Part shown: in pieces, positions 53,601 to 64,000 of the stretch | How positions within the stretch are numbered: position 1 is the first letter of the stretch | Layout of the letters: each line of letters opens with the position of its first letter | Assembly (NCBI RefSeq): GCF_041146345.1 | Contig: NW_027191405.1 | Location: 496,001-560,000, forward strand | DNA length: 64,000 nucleotides | Source of the DNA: Neodothiora populina | Taxonomy: Eukaryota | Direction of reading: 5' to 3' | The notes under the pieces: generated by a model | Seen by the model: the letters and a program-made list of their open reading frames with translations, nothing else | Database searches by the model: none | What the model was told of the DNA's origin: nothing | Translations under genes and position numbers: made by a program

Positions 53601-54846
53601 TTGAACAGAAGAAGTACATCGGATAGGGGGCCTGGTGCTGCGTGTGTGCATCGATCAATGATCGAATGATTAGAGAGCTAGTGGCATGTCAGCACATTAC
53701 TCAATCATTCACCTGATACAGTCAACTAACTAACAGCAATGTACTTTTACCAGATCCGGAACTGCCGTGGAGCCATAGCATCTGTGAGCGACTGCAGTCG
53801 TGCCAATCGCGGTAGTGAACGTCGCAAAAAAGCCATTCTCCAGTGCCTAAAAGTGCTTTCCCTTCCGCGACCTTGTAATGTTTTTGGTATGGGATTTTGG
53901 ATGCCCAGTCCAACACGTTTTCGCTCTCGATACGACTCATGAAACTCGATACAGCCTCTATCGCTCGCTCGGTGCGGATAATAGGTTTCTCGATGTCCTT
54001 GAGATGATCTCGGACCCTTAAAGTCTCAGCATACTGTTGATGGATCCGATGATTGGAGATTTGGCGCGTGTAATTCTCGATGTCCAGCTTGGTGGCAGCC
54101 ATTCGACCGAGATCACTGATGAATCCCGAGTCGGATGAGAAAAAGGCGGTGACGATACGACCTTCATTATGTTAGGAACCTTAATGACGTGCTCTGAGTT
54201 GACAGCTAACGCGACTTGTCCGTGAGACATCGTATGCAGCGGGCCATGAAGGCAAGAATGACAGTGTAAAGTTGTATAATCGCGCTTTCGAGCTGGTCAT
54301 GCACATCGTAGGGTACATTCAAGTTGCTTTCTTCAATCTTGCTCCATACAAGATAAAAGGAAATTCTTTCGACGCCCTCAAGCACGGCGGCATGTTTATC
54401 AAGGTTGTTCATCGACATCTGACATCCTCCAGTGTTACATGATAATCAACATCAAATCCTTATGAAGACCCCTCACCTGCAACACGAGCCGTATCGCCGC
54501 CCACGGTAGTGCAGCATGTCCGAGATCATACTGTACGGCCGCATCCCCAACTTCGATGAACTTCTTCACCCACCGAGCTACCTTTTCGAGTGCGTCTCGT
54601 ACGAAGAAGGCCTCCTCATTGGGCAGCTTGATCGACTTACCCTTCGACTCGGAGCTGTATCGACTAACCTCGACAAGTAGCTCTTCTGGCTTTGCGAAGT
54701 TTCCTGGAATGACGCTTCTATCTTTCTCACCAAGGGCATCGAGTGCTTCCTGCCAGAGATGGGGCCTACAACAAGTTTGTCGATCAGCAGGTGTTCGAAC
54801 CCTTTCTTCTCAATCAGCTTGGGGTACTTTACCTGGCTGTGGTCAT
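50641..54846 (-). pseudogene. NACHT-ankyrin fungal NLR (helical N-terminal domain + NACHT + ~16 ANK repeats) with two frameshifts
   Basis: N-domain KFIEVGDAAVQYDLGHAALPWAAIRLVLQ; Walker A WLHGSSGSGKST; Walker B IIIDALDEC; FRWVELQL; FSHLSVREFL; ANK array. Introns 54766..54832, 54419..54476, 54162..54210, 53678..53734 and 53018..53074. Frame changes at ~52985 and ~51733. Confidence 0.85.
51964..52177 (-). repeat. Near-identical 99-bp tandem ankyrin repeat units
   Basis: 51964..52062 versus 52063..52161 differ at 6 of 99 positions by hand alignment; a partial third unit follows. Confidence 0.9.
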
Positions 54847-56357
54847 CTTGGAGACGTTCACGATTGACTTGGGCTATCGCATTCAATTCTGTTGTCGTGA
54901 CAAAATGCGGTTGTATGAATCTCAGTGTTGAGGATGCTTTTGTCAGAACCTTCGAGTCTAAAGACACTAGAGGGCAAAGTAGGTCCCGCGCCTCCACAGC
55001 ACTCGAAATCATCATACTTGTACAGGTAAGCATTGAAGGCTGGGTTAGGATGTGAAGTGGCGGAGCAGGTGGAGCAAAACAAATGAACCATGCAAGGCAG
55101 CCAGGGTGCAATCAGTTGCAGCGTTATCAGTGGCCCGATTACCTGCCAACGCATAAATAATGCTGGATAGTGTCAGGCCAGAATCACTCTTAGGCGGCCA
55201 TGGTGATCAGGCATGCGGTCGACAATTTAAACCCGGAACCAAGCCAAAACTAAGGTAGCCCGTCCTGTCCATTTCCCAGCTGCTACTTGATAAGCATATC
55301 ACGAACGTATCAGCAGACCAGATAGCATATCACAAGAGCTATCAGAAAGCGCAGAGTCTGAAAGAACGATTCAGAGCATTGATTCAGAGCTTTGTCTGGG
55401 TTGAATATTCTCGTAGAACCTTGTGTTAATTCGTTTGATTGTAGAGCTGACAGGGAGGGCACATTTAATTTTCGGATTATATCGTCATTGAGACTGCACC
55501 GTGGGTGACAGCCTTGGAAACATTGTGACCCGAGACATCAGAGAGCGGCTCCAGCTTCCTTTCACACAAGTGTTATGCCTTCGTTGTTGCGAGATGCAAT
55601 GGTTAATAAATTAGGACTAGCACGGTCAGCGCGGGTAAGCTTCGGACAAACAAGTGGTTGCACAAGTCATAGACTTCTCCCGATAGATTATGCAGTTACC
55701 TTTAATCAAGTCACATCATTGATTCCAACATTCGTACAAGCTGCTGAGAGCGAGATTCGGCGGGTCTATATAGTTAAGTCAGGGGTCATGATGACTGCAA
55801 CCCACTGTGCTGCCACACAACGCTGACGCGACTTGCAAGATTCGTTCACATGTCCGCTGATCGCGTTGAAGAGATGTTGGATGTGGCTCCGGCAACTTCG
55901 CTCAAATAAACTCCAGTAACGGAGATCGGAGGAACGGAGCATGATTACTCCGAAGAGCGCTAACAATGATCATTGGAATTCCAAGATATGACTAATCAAG
56001 AGGCCTTGCGGGTTCTGCAGCAGAGCCTCACTACAACGTCGAATTTCGTGGGCCATGTAATAAGATTACGATAGCACCCCAGACAAGCGACAACATCGCA
56101 ATTGAGCCTGATTCGGGGAATTAGTACAACTGATATCGAACTTGCTGTGGAGCTTCCCAAGCTTGTAGTGACTACAATCAATCACGCTGAGACCTGCAGC
56201 GATGAATATTTCGTGGGCATTTGAAATTATGACAGTATACAAAGTTTACTTTAGATCTGGAGTATAGAATATAATTTATCATAGTATGCTGAGACTGGAA
56301 TGCTTTCTCCCTCACTACGTGATCCCCGCAAGCAGAAGTCGGTATTAACACGACTAA

Positions 56358-59300
56358 CTAACTCATCAACGCCGAAATCCTCGTATCAGTACTAAACCTC
56401 ACATCTGCACTCCTCCTATCGCCAGGTCCACCCTTCGACCCTCCGCCTCTCCCATCACCTCCCCCAACACCTAGAAAACCATCACCACCATCTGCACCAC
56501 CAGACGAGAACATTGCCCCCGCCGAAGTACCGTTATTAGTGGCTCCGACGGTCATGGACGTTGTTCTTACGTCTCGTGTAACGCGGACGACGGTGCCGGC
56601 GGATGTATAGTCTGTTTCACACGTTGGTGTTGGGTGTGCCGCGGTTGTCGCTCCGGAGGCCGGAATAGGTGTGGTAGGAGGCGCAAGATTTGAAGATGTG
56701 CGTTTCTCGGCCCAGAGCGCGGCTGCGGCGCTGCCTTTACGGGGCTTTGTGGTTGATCTGGATCGATGGCTGCTATCTGGGGCTGAGAGGGGGCGTGCGG
56801 AAGACGAGGAGAGGAATGAAGAGGAGGTGGGGGTTGTGACGAGGGATGGAGATGAGGATGAGATGAGGGGCGGGGAGAGTAGGTTTGTCGATGATGTTGC
56901 TGGTGGCGGAAGCATGGGTACGATGTCGATGCTTGGGAGGAGATGGGTTCCGGGTTTCAAAGGAATGAGAATTATGGAGAAGTGCTTTTCTTCTCTTTCT
57001 TCGCCTCCCTCTTGTTCCTTGATTTCGTCCTTGGGCGTTGACGGTAGAGACGATATACCGTCGAAGGAAAAGTGTGCACGACGTTGTCCGCCAATCAGCC
57101 ATGTCTCTGTTGGATCTCGCAGACTGTAAACAAAGTTCGAAGGTTCATCGTCCTGTTGATCTTGCTCATTAAATCGAGATGCTGACGAGGTCCTCGAGGA
57201 GACAAGGGGAGATGCGGTGGCCCAGCGTCGGGTGTGTGTTATGCGTAGGTCCGCTATCAGTGGATTGCCCATTACGCTTGTCACAGGTGTCTTTGGACCT
57301 CTGACTGACGGAGCTGAATCAGACGAAGCAGGATCACGAGTTGACAGAGTTGCGGTGTGCACGACATCTATCGTTGGGACGTCTACTGTGATCGTAATTT
57401 CCCGGTGAGCAGATGACTGATGAGCACCAGGTGTCGTGGGATCAAACGCCATGTGCTTGTTTTGCTGGAGGAGGAAATGTCAGTTTGATTCCATACGTAG
57501 CCAATAATGAGCGTGAAAGAGTATAACTCACCCTATGCCAGTCGCGCAACCATGCTGCTAGACCATCTTGCGAAGCCGCAGGTAGATCAACAATAGAGTG
57601 ATCCCAGCCGACACTCTCATATGATGGTAGACGCAGCTCGCGCAAAAGCACTGCTCGTTCCAACTGCAGAGCCAAAGCGTGCGATTGGACACCGTCTCGA
57701 AGCAGTGGAAGCAAGAGGCGTCTCAAATGCTGGTAGGGACTATTCTCCAGGGCAGCTCTCAGTGAAGTAGTGATTCGATCGAGGACAATTTCGTCAACGC
57801 AGAGATAATGCACTGTCATAGCAAGAGCAGCTTCTTTCTTGTCTAGTGTCAGAACTTCATCCACGGTTTTCTTCGTGATCTTATATGTCAGATTAGCGGG
57901 CTGCTTGTCGAACACAGTCATTGATGGTGGACAAGGCAGCGCTTTCACGGCATACGCTGCAGAGTCAGCAAGTGTCACCTTCGTGACCTGTAGGGGAACC
58001 GAGTTGGTTGTTCGTATGGAGAACCTCGAAAAGAGGCTCTTTGCTTTGAAGATGTCGTGAACATCGACATCTAACGGCAGTTCGATGATGATGACGCACG
58101 TACTGACGAAGACAAAAGTACCGGCGGAGGTCTTGTACTGAGCTTCTATCTTGATTGTCACATCGCTGCGACTGTGCTCCAGGCTATATGGAAGCGCGAT
58201 TCGTACTTGCTGATTCGCATCGATGGCTTCGGTATGCAAGAGTCCGCCTTGGGATGTGTCGAGCTCGATGCCTTCGCCGAGTGTCGTTGCTTCAGCAGTA
58301 TGCAGTCGTAAACCAGCTGATGCTGCTCGTAGACGAAGGTCGAGGCTTTCGACAGCGTTACGTCCAGTATTAATGTCAATCACGACATCTCGCAGCTTGT
58401 CAACATAGATTTGCCTTGTCAGTGAAGCACGAACTTCAAATGCATCTCCATGCGGGAAAATCAAAACTGCCGGACCAGTGCTCGCAGCATCCTGCTCAGC
58501 CTTCGTGGCGTTCGTGATACCCAATGGGGTAGCTTGAGGCTTAGGCTGAAAATCGTGGATGAATCGCAGTTTGTCGGAGTCGAGCACAAGCTTATCGACA
58601 AGATGACCGCCATATGTAGTGATCTGATACACTCATCAGCCCACATTCGCATATCCAGAAATGGTTTCAAACTTACATTTGAATGGAGCTTCAACTTCAT
58701 CAAACCTCGTTTCAGCTCGACTTCAGTATCACTACCAAGCCATATCTCCTGCACCGGCTCCTGTGTGCTCACAAGTCGCAGTCGTACTTTCTCGAGCGTG
58801 AACTCGTCCTCAAGCAGATGACGGAACTGCACATCCAAGCAGAATCCATCCTTGTCTTCATAATGTGTGACCTCTGGACTGATGTGTATGTCGTCGAAGA
58901 AATCCATCATGGGTGAAGTGAAATTATAGGGTAAGTCCTTAGAGTAGACGGACAGATCTGCCAATATACCGTTGATATCAATTGCCTCATCATCATGCCA
59001 TGCTGACGACGGATCGCGAGTCGCGAATCGCATCTTAGGTAGCTTCTGCGCGCGTTGTCGTGCTATAACTTTGCTAAGCAGGCTCAGCATGACGCGCATG
59101 TACTCATCCTTTCGGTGTAGTTCTTTCAGGCATTTCGCATATGCTCTAAGCATCTCGGCGTGCACATATGTCCAATTCCCTTGTAGGTAAACAGGCGATG
59201 ATTTTTGGAAGAGGGTTGCTGCTTGAGCATAGTCGCCAATTTGGCTGGGAAAAGTGAGCAGGTCGTAGACGACGAGTGTAGAGTGGAGACCTACTATTTG

Positions 59301-61626
59301 AGCACCGCGAGATCGCTGGTCATAATGTTCGATGAGTTGGTACGATTGGCAATAACGAAATGTGATAGAGCGAGGTTGGTCAATTGCTATGTAGGAAATT
59401 AGTACAGCACGGAAGATGTCTTATAGAGCCCACTTACCTCATATGCGGCTCTAAAGTCTTGCTCTGTCGTCAAAACGGTGGATAGCGCGGCACTGAGTAG
59501 TGTCTTGGAGTTAGCGTCAGACATCTCCTCCGATCCAGCATCAGGTGCGGTAGCATCGTCTTCGTCATCCTTGTCGTTCAAATTCACTTCAGTCACAGGC
59601 GTAGTGCTGACAAGCGCCGCCCAGCCAGTCTTCCAACCCTTCTTCCTCGCCATTGTCTCTATAATGTTGCGTTGCATGGTGAAGAGCTCAGCCCGACTAG
59701 CAGCGAGTCCAGCAACACCGGCACCTACTTGGCCGAGAGTCATGCTACTCGGCATTGCGCTAGGCATCTTATTGAAGCGGTCTTTCTCAAGAGATGCAGG
59801 TGTCAACGAAGAACTAGAGGAAGATCCGCTCTTCTGGAGTGAGCTTGATCGATTCGCATGTGTGTTTGCGCCTTGCGGGAAACTGAAAGCATTGCCATCT
59901 CCACGATTATGGCTACCAGAACCGGGTCGCTGCGGAGTAGACAGACCATCACTAGAGGTCTGGGAGGATGGCAATCTGTCAGAGACAGTTTCGGCGAGTA
60001 TCTGATCTATCACAGCATATGTCCAAGAAGAGGCGACATTTTCAACAAGTGAATCGATCTGAAGAGAAGAGGATTGAGATTCTGGTTGGGACCTACAAAG
60101 ACTATCAACATGGATTTCTACGTTGGGTGAATACAAAGTGTGATCGTACTCATTTCTCAGACCGTGTCTCAAGACTCGAGAATTGCTGGCTGCAAAGGCA
60201 GCCGCGCGCTTACATGCTTGAGCCAAGGAAGCCAGGTTATCGTCCTTTGCAACGGATTGGCTTGACTGAGGTCTCTTCTGCTGGGCCGGGCCCAACGCAG
60301 CAGACAGGCGAATTAGTAGTGTTCTCTGCCTAGCAAAGATGTAAAGATGGAAGTCAAAGAGACAGATCGTGCTCTTGACTATCTCACCACGATAGTCTTT
60401 CTTGGTCAGATCTAGAGGGTCAGTGAAGATGGCTTGCAGCTTCTGGTCAGCATTATCGTTTCCAGCTGTTGAGGATTGTACGATCTGCTGCAAAGCGTCT
60501 CTATGCGGCTGCATGTCACCCAGGAAAGTACCGTTGGCTGCATCAGTACCAGAGACACTATCTCGGACAGCAGTGTCAAGACCAGCAGACAGTTCATCGT
60601 AGATAGCCAATGCATCTTCAACAAGACCTACGCTCTCAAAGCCTCTGGCAAGGCCTTCCTTTAGTGTGAAGAAAGTGCAAAAATTCCAGCCGGGTAAGGC
60701 ACGCTGCGCGTCTTTCTCCCGGATATCATCTTCGTACTGTGAAACTCGCATGTCAAAAGACGTGAGTATCAAGGTCTTGAACTTCGAGACGAGGTCCTGC
60801 CAAGCATTGTCTTGCTCCTGAGGGCTTTCAGTGTACATTGAAGGCACAGGTGAGTGCGGCAGGACGTTGGCAGGAACATCCTTTTTCTGCAGCCTGATCT
60901 GAGCAACACGGTCAGGCGCCGACTTGCTCGAAACATTGAAGTCGGCACGGATCTTGTCTAAGACGGTTCGAGTGCTTTTGCCGGGCCATTTGGCCGTGCT
61001 CTGCGGTCTCTCAACAAGCTCATCGGGGTCTTTCTTGGAGGCGGCAGTCCATCGAGGCTCACTCGCGGCAACGGTGTCGGGTATGACAACATGCAAAATC
61101 AGCCACTCACAAGCGTCATGGTTCTCTACTTTACTGGCTTGAGGAGTGGTCTGTATGGGAGGAGTGTTTTGTTTGATCCAGTCGCGCAGCAGCTGGCGTT
61201 TGCTGACTTTATAGGCATCTTTGTCGTCGCATCGTAGCAAGTAAATCTTGAGGTATGGAGTCTGCAATAGACCGGGTATCTGATGTCGTCTTTCTTTGCC
61301 TGATCCAGCACTGCTGCCATCGGTATTTGGGCCAGTCGAATCTAGACGCTGCAGCTGCGTAACTCCATTCTTCGCCGCAGTCGCAGCATCAGGAACAAAT
61401 TCAACATGGAGGGCTCCGATTGAGCGAAGTGGTCGCGTGGGCGACTTCCAATTGAGGTTCCGTAGGGGTAGTCTTGCTGCGAGATCTTGCGATATCAGAG
61501 GGAATACGCCAGATGGATCATGGTACTCGACTGTACATCACTGTCAGCCATCTCATTGCAGTTTACTAGCAGCAATAACAATGATGCTTCACCTGTGACT
61601 TTAGAGCTCAGAGAGGCCTCCATCAT
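56358..61626 (-). CDS. TRS130: TRAPPII subunit Trs130/TRAPPC10, multi-exon
   Basis: SSKVTVEYHDPSGVFPLI...LPLRNLNWKSPTRPLRSI, RRHQIPGLLQTPYLKIYLLRCDD, LPGWNFCTFFTLKEGLARGFESVGLVEDAL; C-terminal WLIGGQRRAHF...LIPLKPGTHLLPSIDI. Several GT-AG introns, e.g. 57465..57531. Confidence 0.92.
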
Positions 61627-62078
61627 CGCATCTGCATATCACCAAGACGGCGTCAATTGGTGTATATATTGACCTAAGTACTGCGCATTTCCTGTGATCG
61701 GGTCTATGCGTCGCTATTTACACCACCTCACCTCTTGCGACAACACAAATAGGCTAAAGGAATAGGACAGAGAGAGCACTAGTCTGGGTAGTCCACCTCA
61801 CTACTGTGACCATGGGTGATGCGGGCAATAATAACATCTTGTTTGCCTCGTTTGCAGCTCTTCACATGCTGAGCAGCTGCCGTGCTGCTTCTAACCCCAT
61901 ACTTTCACGTATTTGTAGCGTATAATTGTAACACAACAAAAGTCCGGGGTGAAATAGGGATTAAAGTAACACCTACACCATTCGGATATACAAACATCTC
62001 GAGATTTATCTATAACCACGACATTTTGACTTGTCGCTATACCCGGAACTTCACATCGCATCTCAAACTCAGCACACA

Positions 62079-62575
62079 ATGGTACATGATAACCCTTTCG
62101 CCCACCCACCTTTCAAGTCCACAACAGTAATGGCGCGCTTGCATTTATACATGCGTAGCTTCCATTCTTTCTCGGAAGCAAAAAATAGAAGATCAACAGG
62201 GTATATAAAAGACCAAAGAGCTAACCCCCCTTTCGCACAGCTCGGACAACTCGTAGGCGGCTCAATGCTCGTAGCATCAACAGCGATATTCCTTTACTAC
62301 ACGATATGGACTCTCCTGATGGTACATCTCCTTCGCCCCTCCCTCCCTTCCTCTCTCTACCTCCACCAATAAATACTGACCACAAAAAAAAGCCCTTCGT
62401 CGACCCCTCGCACCCCTCCCAATCTCTCTTCCCACCCCGCGTATGGGCGATCCGCATCCCCGTCATCCTGATCCTCGTGGGTGGCGCCGTGGTCGGCAGT
62501 TTCTTGTCGCTGGTCATGATCAAGAGTAATAGGAAGAGGGCGCTCAAGGCTGCGCAGGCGCAGAAGAAGAAGTAG
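62079..62575 (+). CDS. DPM2: Dolichol-phosphate mannosyltransferase regulatory subunit 2, 3 exons
   Basis: M|LGQLVGGSMLVASTAIFLYYTIWTLLM|PFVDPSHPSQSLFPPRVWAIRIPVILIL. Introns 62082..62240 and 62322..62392. The first exon is inferred. Confidence 0.88.
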
Positions 62576-63035
62576 ATGGATCGGAGTAGATGAGTCGAAG
62601 AGCGGAGATATGTGGGACGAGAATGGGATGGGGTTGGCGGGTATGAGCAACAGGGGGGATTAGAAGGCAGGAGCTAGGATATGGGGGCGTCGGTCTTCCC
62701 TCCTTTGAGTCTGTACCTGTTCCTTTGGTGATTGTATGGGGACTGGAAAGGGAACGAAAAGAGGGCGCACGTATACATCTTGTGTTTGGACTGAAAAAAA
62801 GAACATATATATCTCATCTTCCAAAGAAGCTTTTATCAAAGATCAAGCAGCTATGATTTAAGAGCTCGAAGAAGTGATACACTGTTGCAAAGTGCCATTC
62901 GTGCTGAGAACGGCTTCTGTCACCACTCAGACTCCCATAGTCTATGGACTACATGCGCTCTTCTCTTGTGCAACATATCTTCTCGTGTACCATTACCAAA
63001 GAGTGAAAAGAGCTGTCTCTGACTCAAGTTCTATC

Positions 63036-64000
63036 TCACATGATCACACAATCGTCTCCAATGACTATTCGTCCGCCGACTGTACCAATAGCCGCACCTT
63101 CATCATCATCACCGTCTTCTCCTGTTGCACCCTCGGCTCTTCTTCGTCGAATATGCTGGGCCAGCGTCGCGAGCATGCTCCTCTGTGAAAGACTTCATTA
63201 GCTGGTGATACAAAAGAATACATGTCAAAGATGAACTTACAGTGACAAAAGCTTCGTTATTGCCGCCTTGTCTGTCGACATCGTTGCGACTGACAATTTG
63301 GTACTCTTTGTGCATTCGCTTCCTTGAAGTCAATCCTCCTGGTGCCACGTACTCCTCATCTTCGTCCATGTCGCCATCTGTACCACGAACCGGCATCGCG
63401 GGTTCGGACGTGCTTGCCATTGTCGCTCGCCAAGGTTGGCGTCTGTTTCTGCCCCAAGAGACTCCCGATATGCTGGAAAAGTCACTAGCATCGACAGCCT
63501 CGATACCACGGCCAAGTCTTGCCGCCTCTCTCGCCCTGAAGTCAGGCGAGAAGATCTTGATTGTGTGGTCGATTCCACTGACTGCGAGCAATGGCTCGTA
63601 AGGATGCCCTTGCATTACATTGACAACTTCGCCATCTCCCTCGAGAATGTTGACAAGCTGACCGCTCTTCCGATCCCAGATGAAGAGGTTTCCGTCATCT
63701 GATCCGGACATAACGTACTCGTCCTGCAAACCAAAATAGTTGACGTCTTTGACTGTTCTCACATTGCAGTGCCCAGCATAGACCCTGTTGTGTGTTGCGC
63801 AAGCAACATTTTCCTCAACCTTCTCCCGCAGTCGCCGTCGCTCGAAGGCGCTCCTGTAGAGTGGCAGACCGTACTCCTCATCATCGTCCTCGTCCTCCTC
63901 TTCGTCAACCTCCTCTTCCTCTTCTTCGATACGCTCGCCATCACCATGTGTGTCTGCATCCTCGTCATCATCGTCGTCATCATCATCATCATCATCATCA
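63036..64000 (-). CDS. WD40 DCAF8/DCAF6-like CRL4 substrate receptor, 3' part only (runs off the window)
   Basis: YAGHCNVRTVKDVNYFG...SGSDDGNLFIWD...GDGEVVNVMQGHPYEPLLAVSGIDHTIKIFSP. The last intron (~63184..63240) gives a C-terminus ending ...GDDCVIM*. Confidence 0.85.
63964..64000 (-). repeat. (GAT/GAC)n microsatellite encoding poly-Asp
   Basis: (ATC)n run at the end of the window. Confidence 0.85.

Noticed and set aside
54578..55154. Amyloid signalling motif or adjacent HeLo/gasdermin effector for the NLR; ORFs 54578..55111 and 54858..55154
   Set aside because: The spliced N-terminus (MTTARPHLWQEAL) goes straight into the helical domain. These ORFs are off-frame, and no effector gene is adjacent.
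41700..56200. Starship or other named mobile element
   Set aside because: No tyrosine-recombinase captain, transposase, terminal repeats or target-site duplication could be seen in the window.

Overview
Intron-containing eukaryotic DNA from a filamentous ascomycete (Pezizomycotina; Dothideomycetes is only a guess). Most of the window is ordinary gene-dense chromosome: mitochondrial GTP/GDP carrier GGC1, an S10 serine carboxypeptidase, a P450, WW and F-box proteins, an AA9 LPMO, bHLH CBF1, a GH5 exo-beta-1,3-glucanase, an RGG-tail protein, a KDM4/Rph1 demethylase, TRS130, DPM2 and the 3' part of a DCAF8-like WD40 gene. There are four tRNA genes: Glu-CTC twice, Pro-TGG and Thr-AGT. Two things stand out. 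(1) A ~15 kb accessory-looking block at ~41.7-56.2 kb, between KDM4 and TRS130. It holds a killer-toxin-like subgroup-C GH18 chitinase head-to-head with a secreted 7-LysM protein, followed by a NACHT-ankyrin NLR. The block appears to be decaying: the chitinase seems cut short next to a RIP-like relic, and the NLR has two frameshifts. (2) An intronless OTT_1508-like Zn-dependent deaminase at 7.6-9.1 kb. Exon structures were read by hand, family calls come from remembered motifs, and no database search was run.
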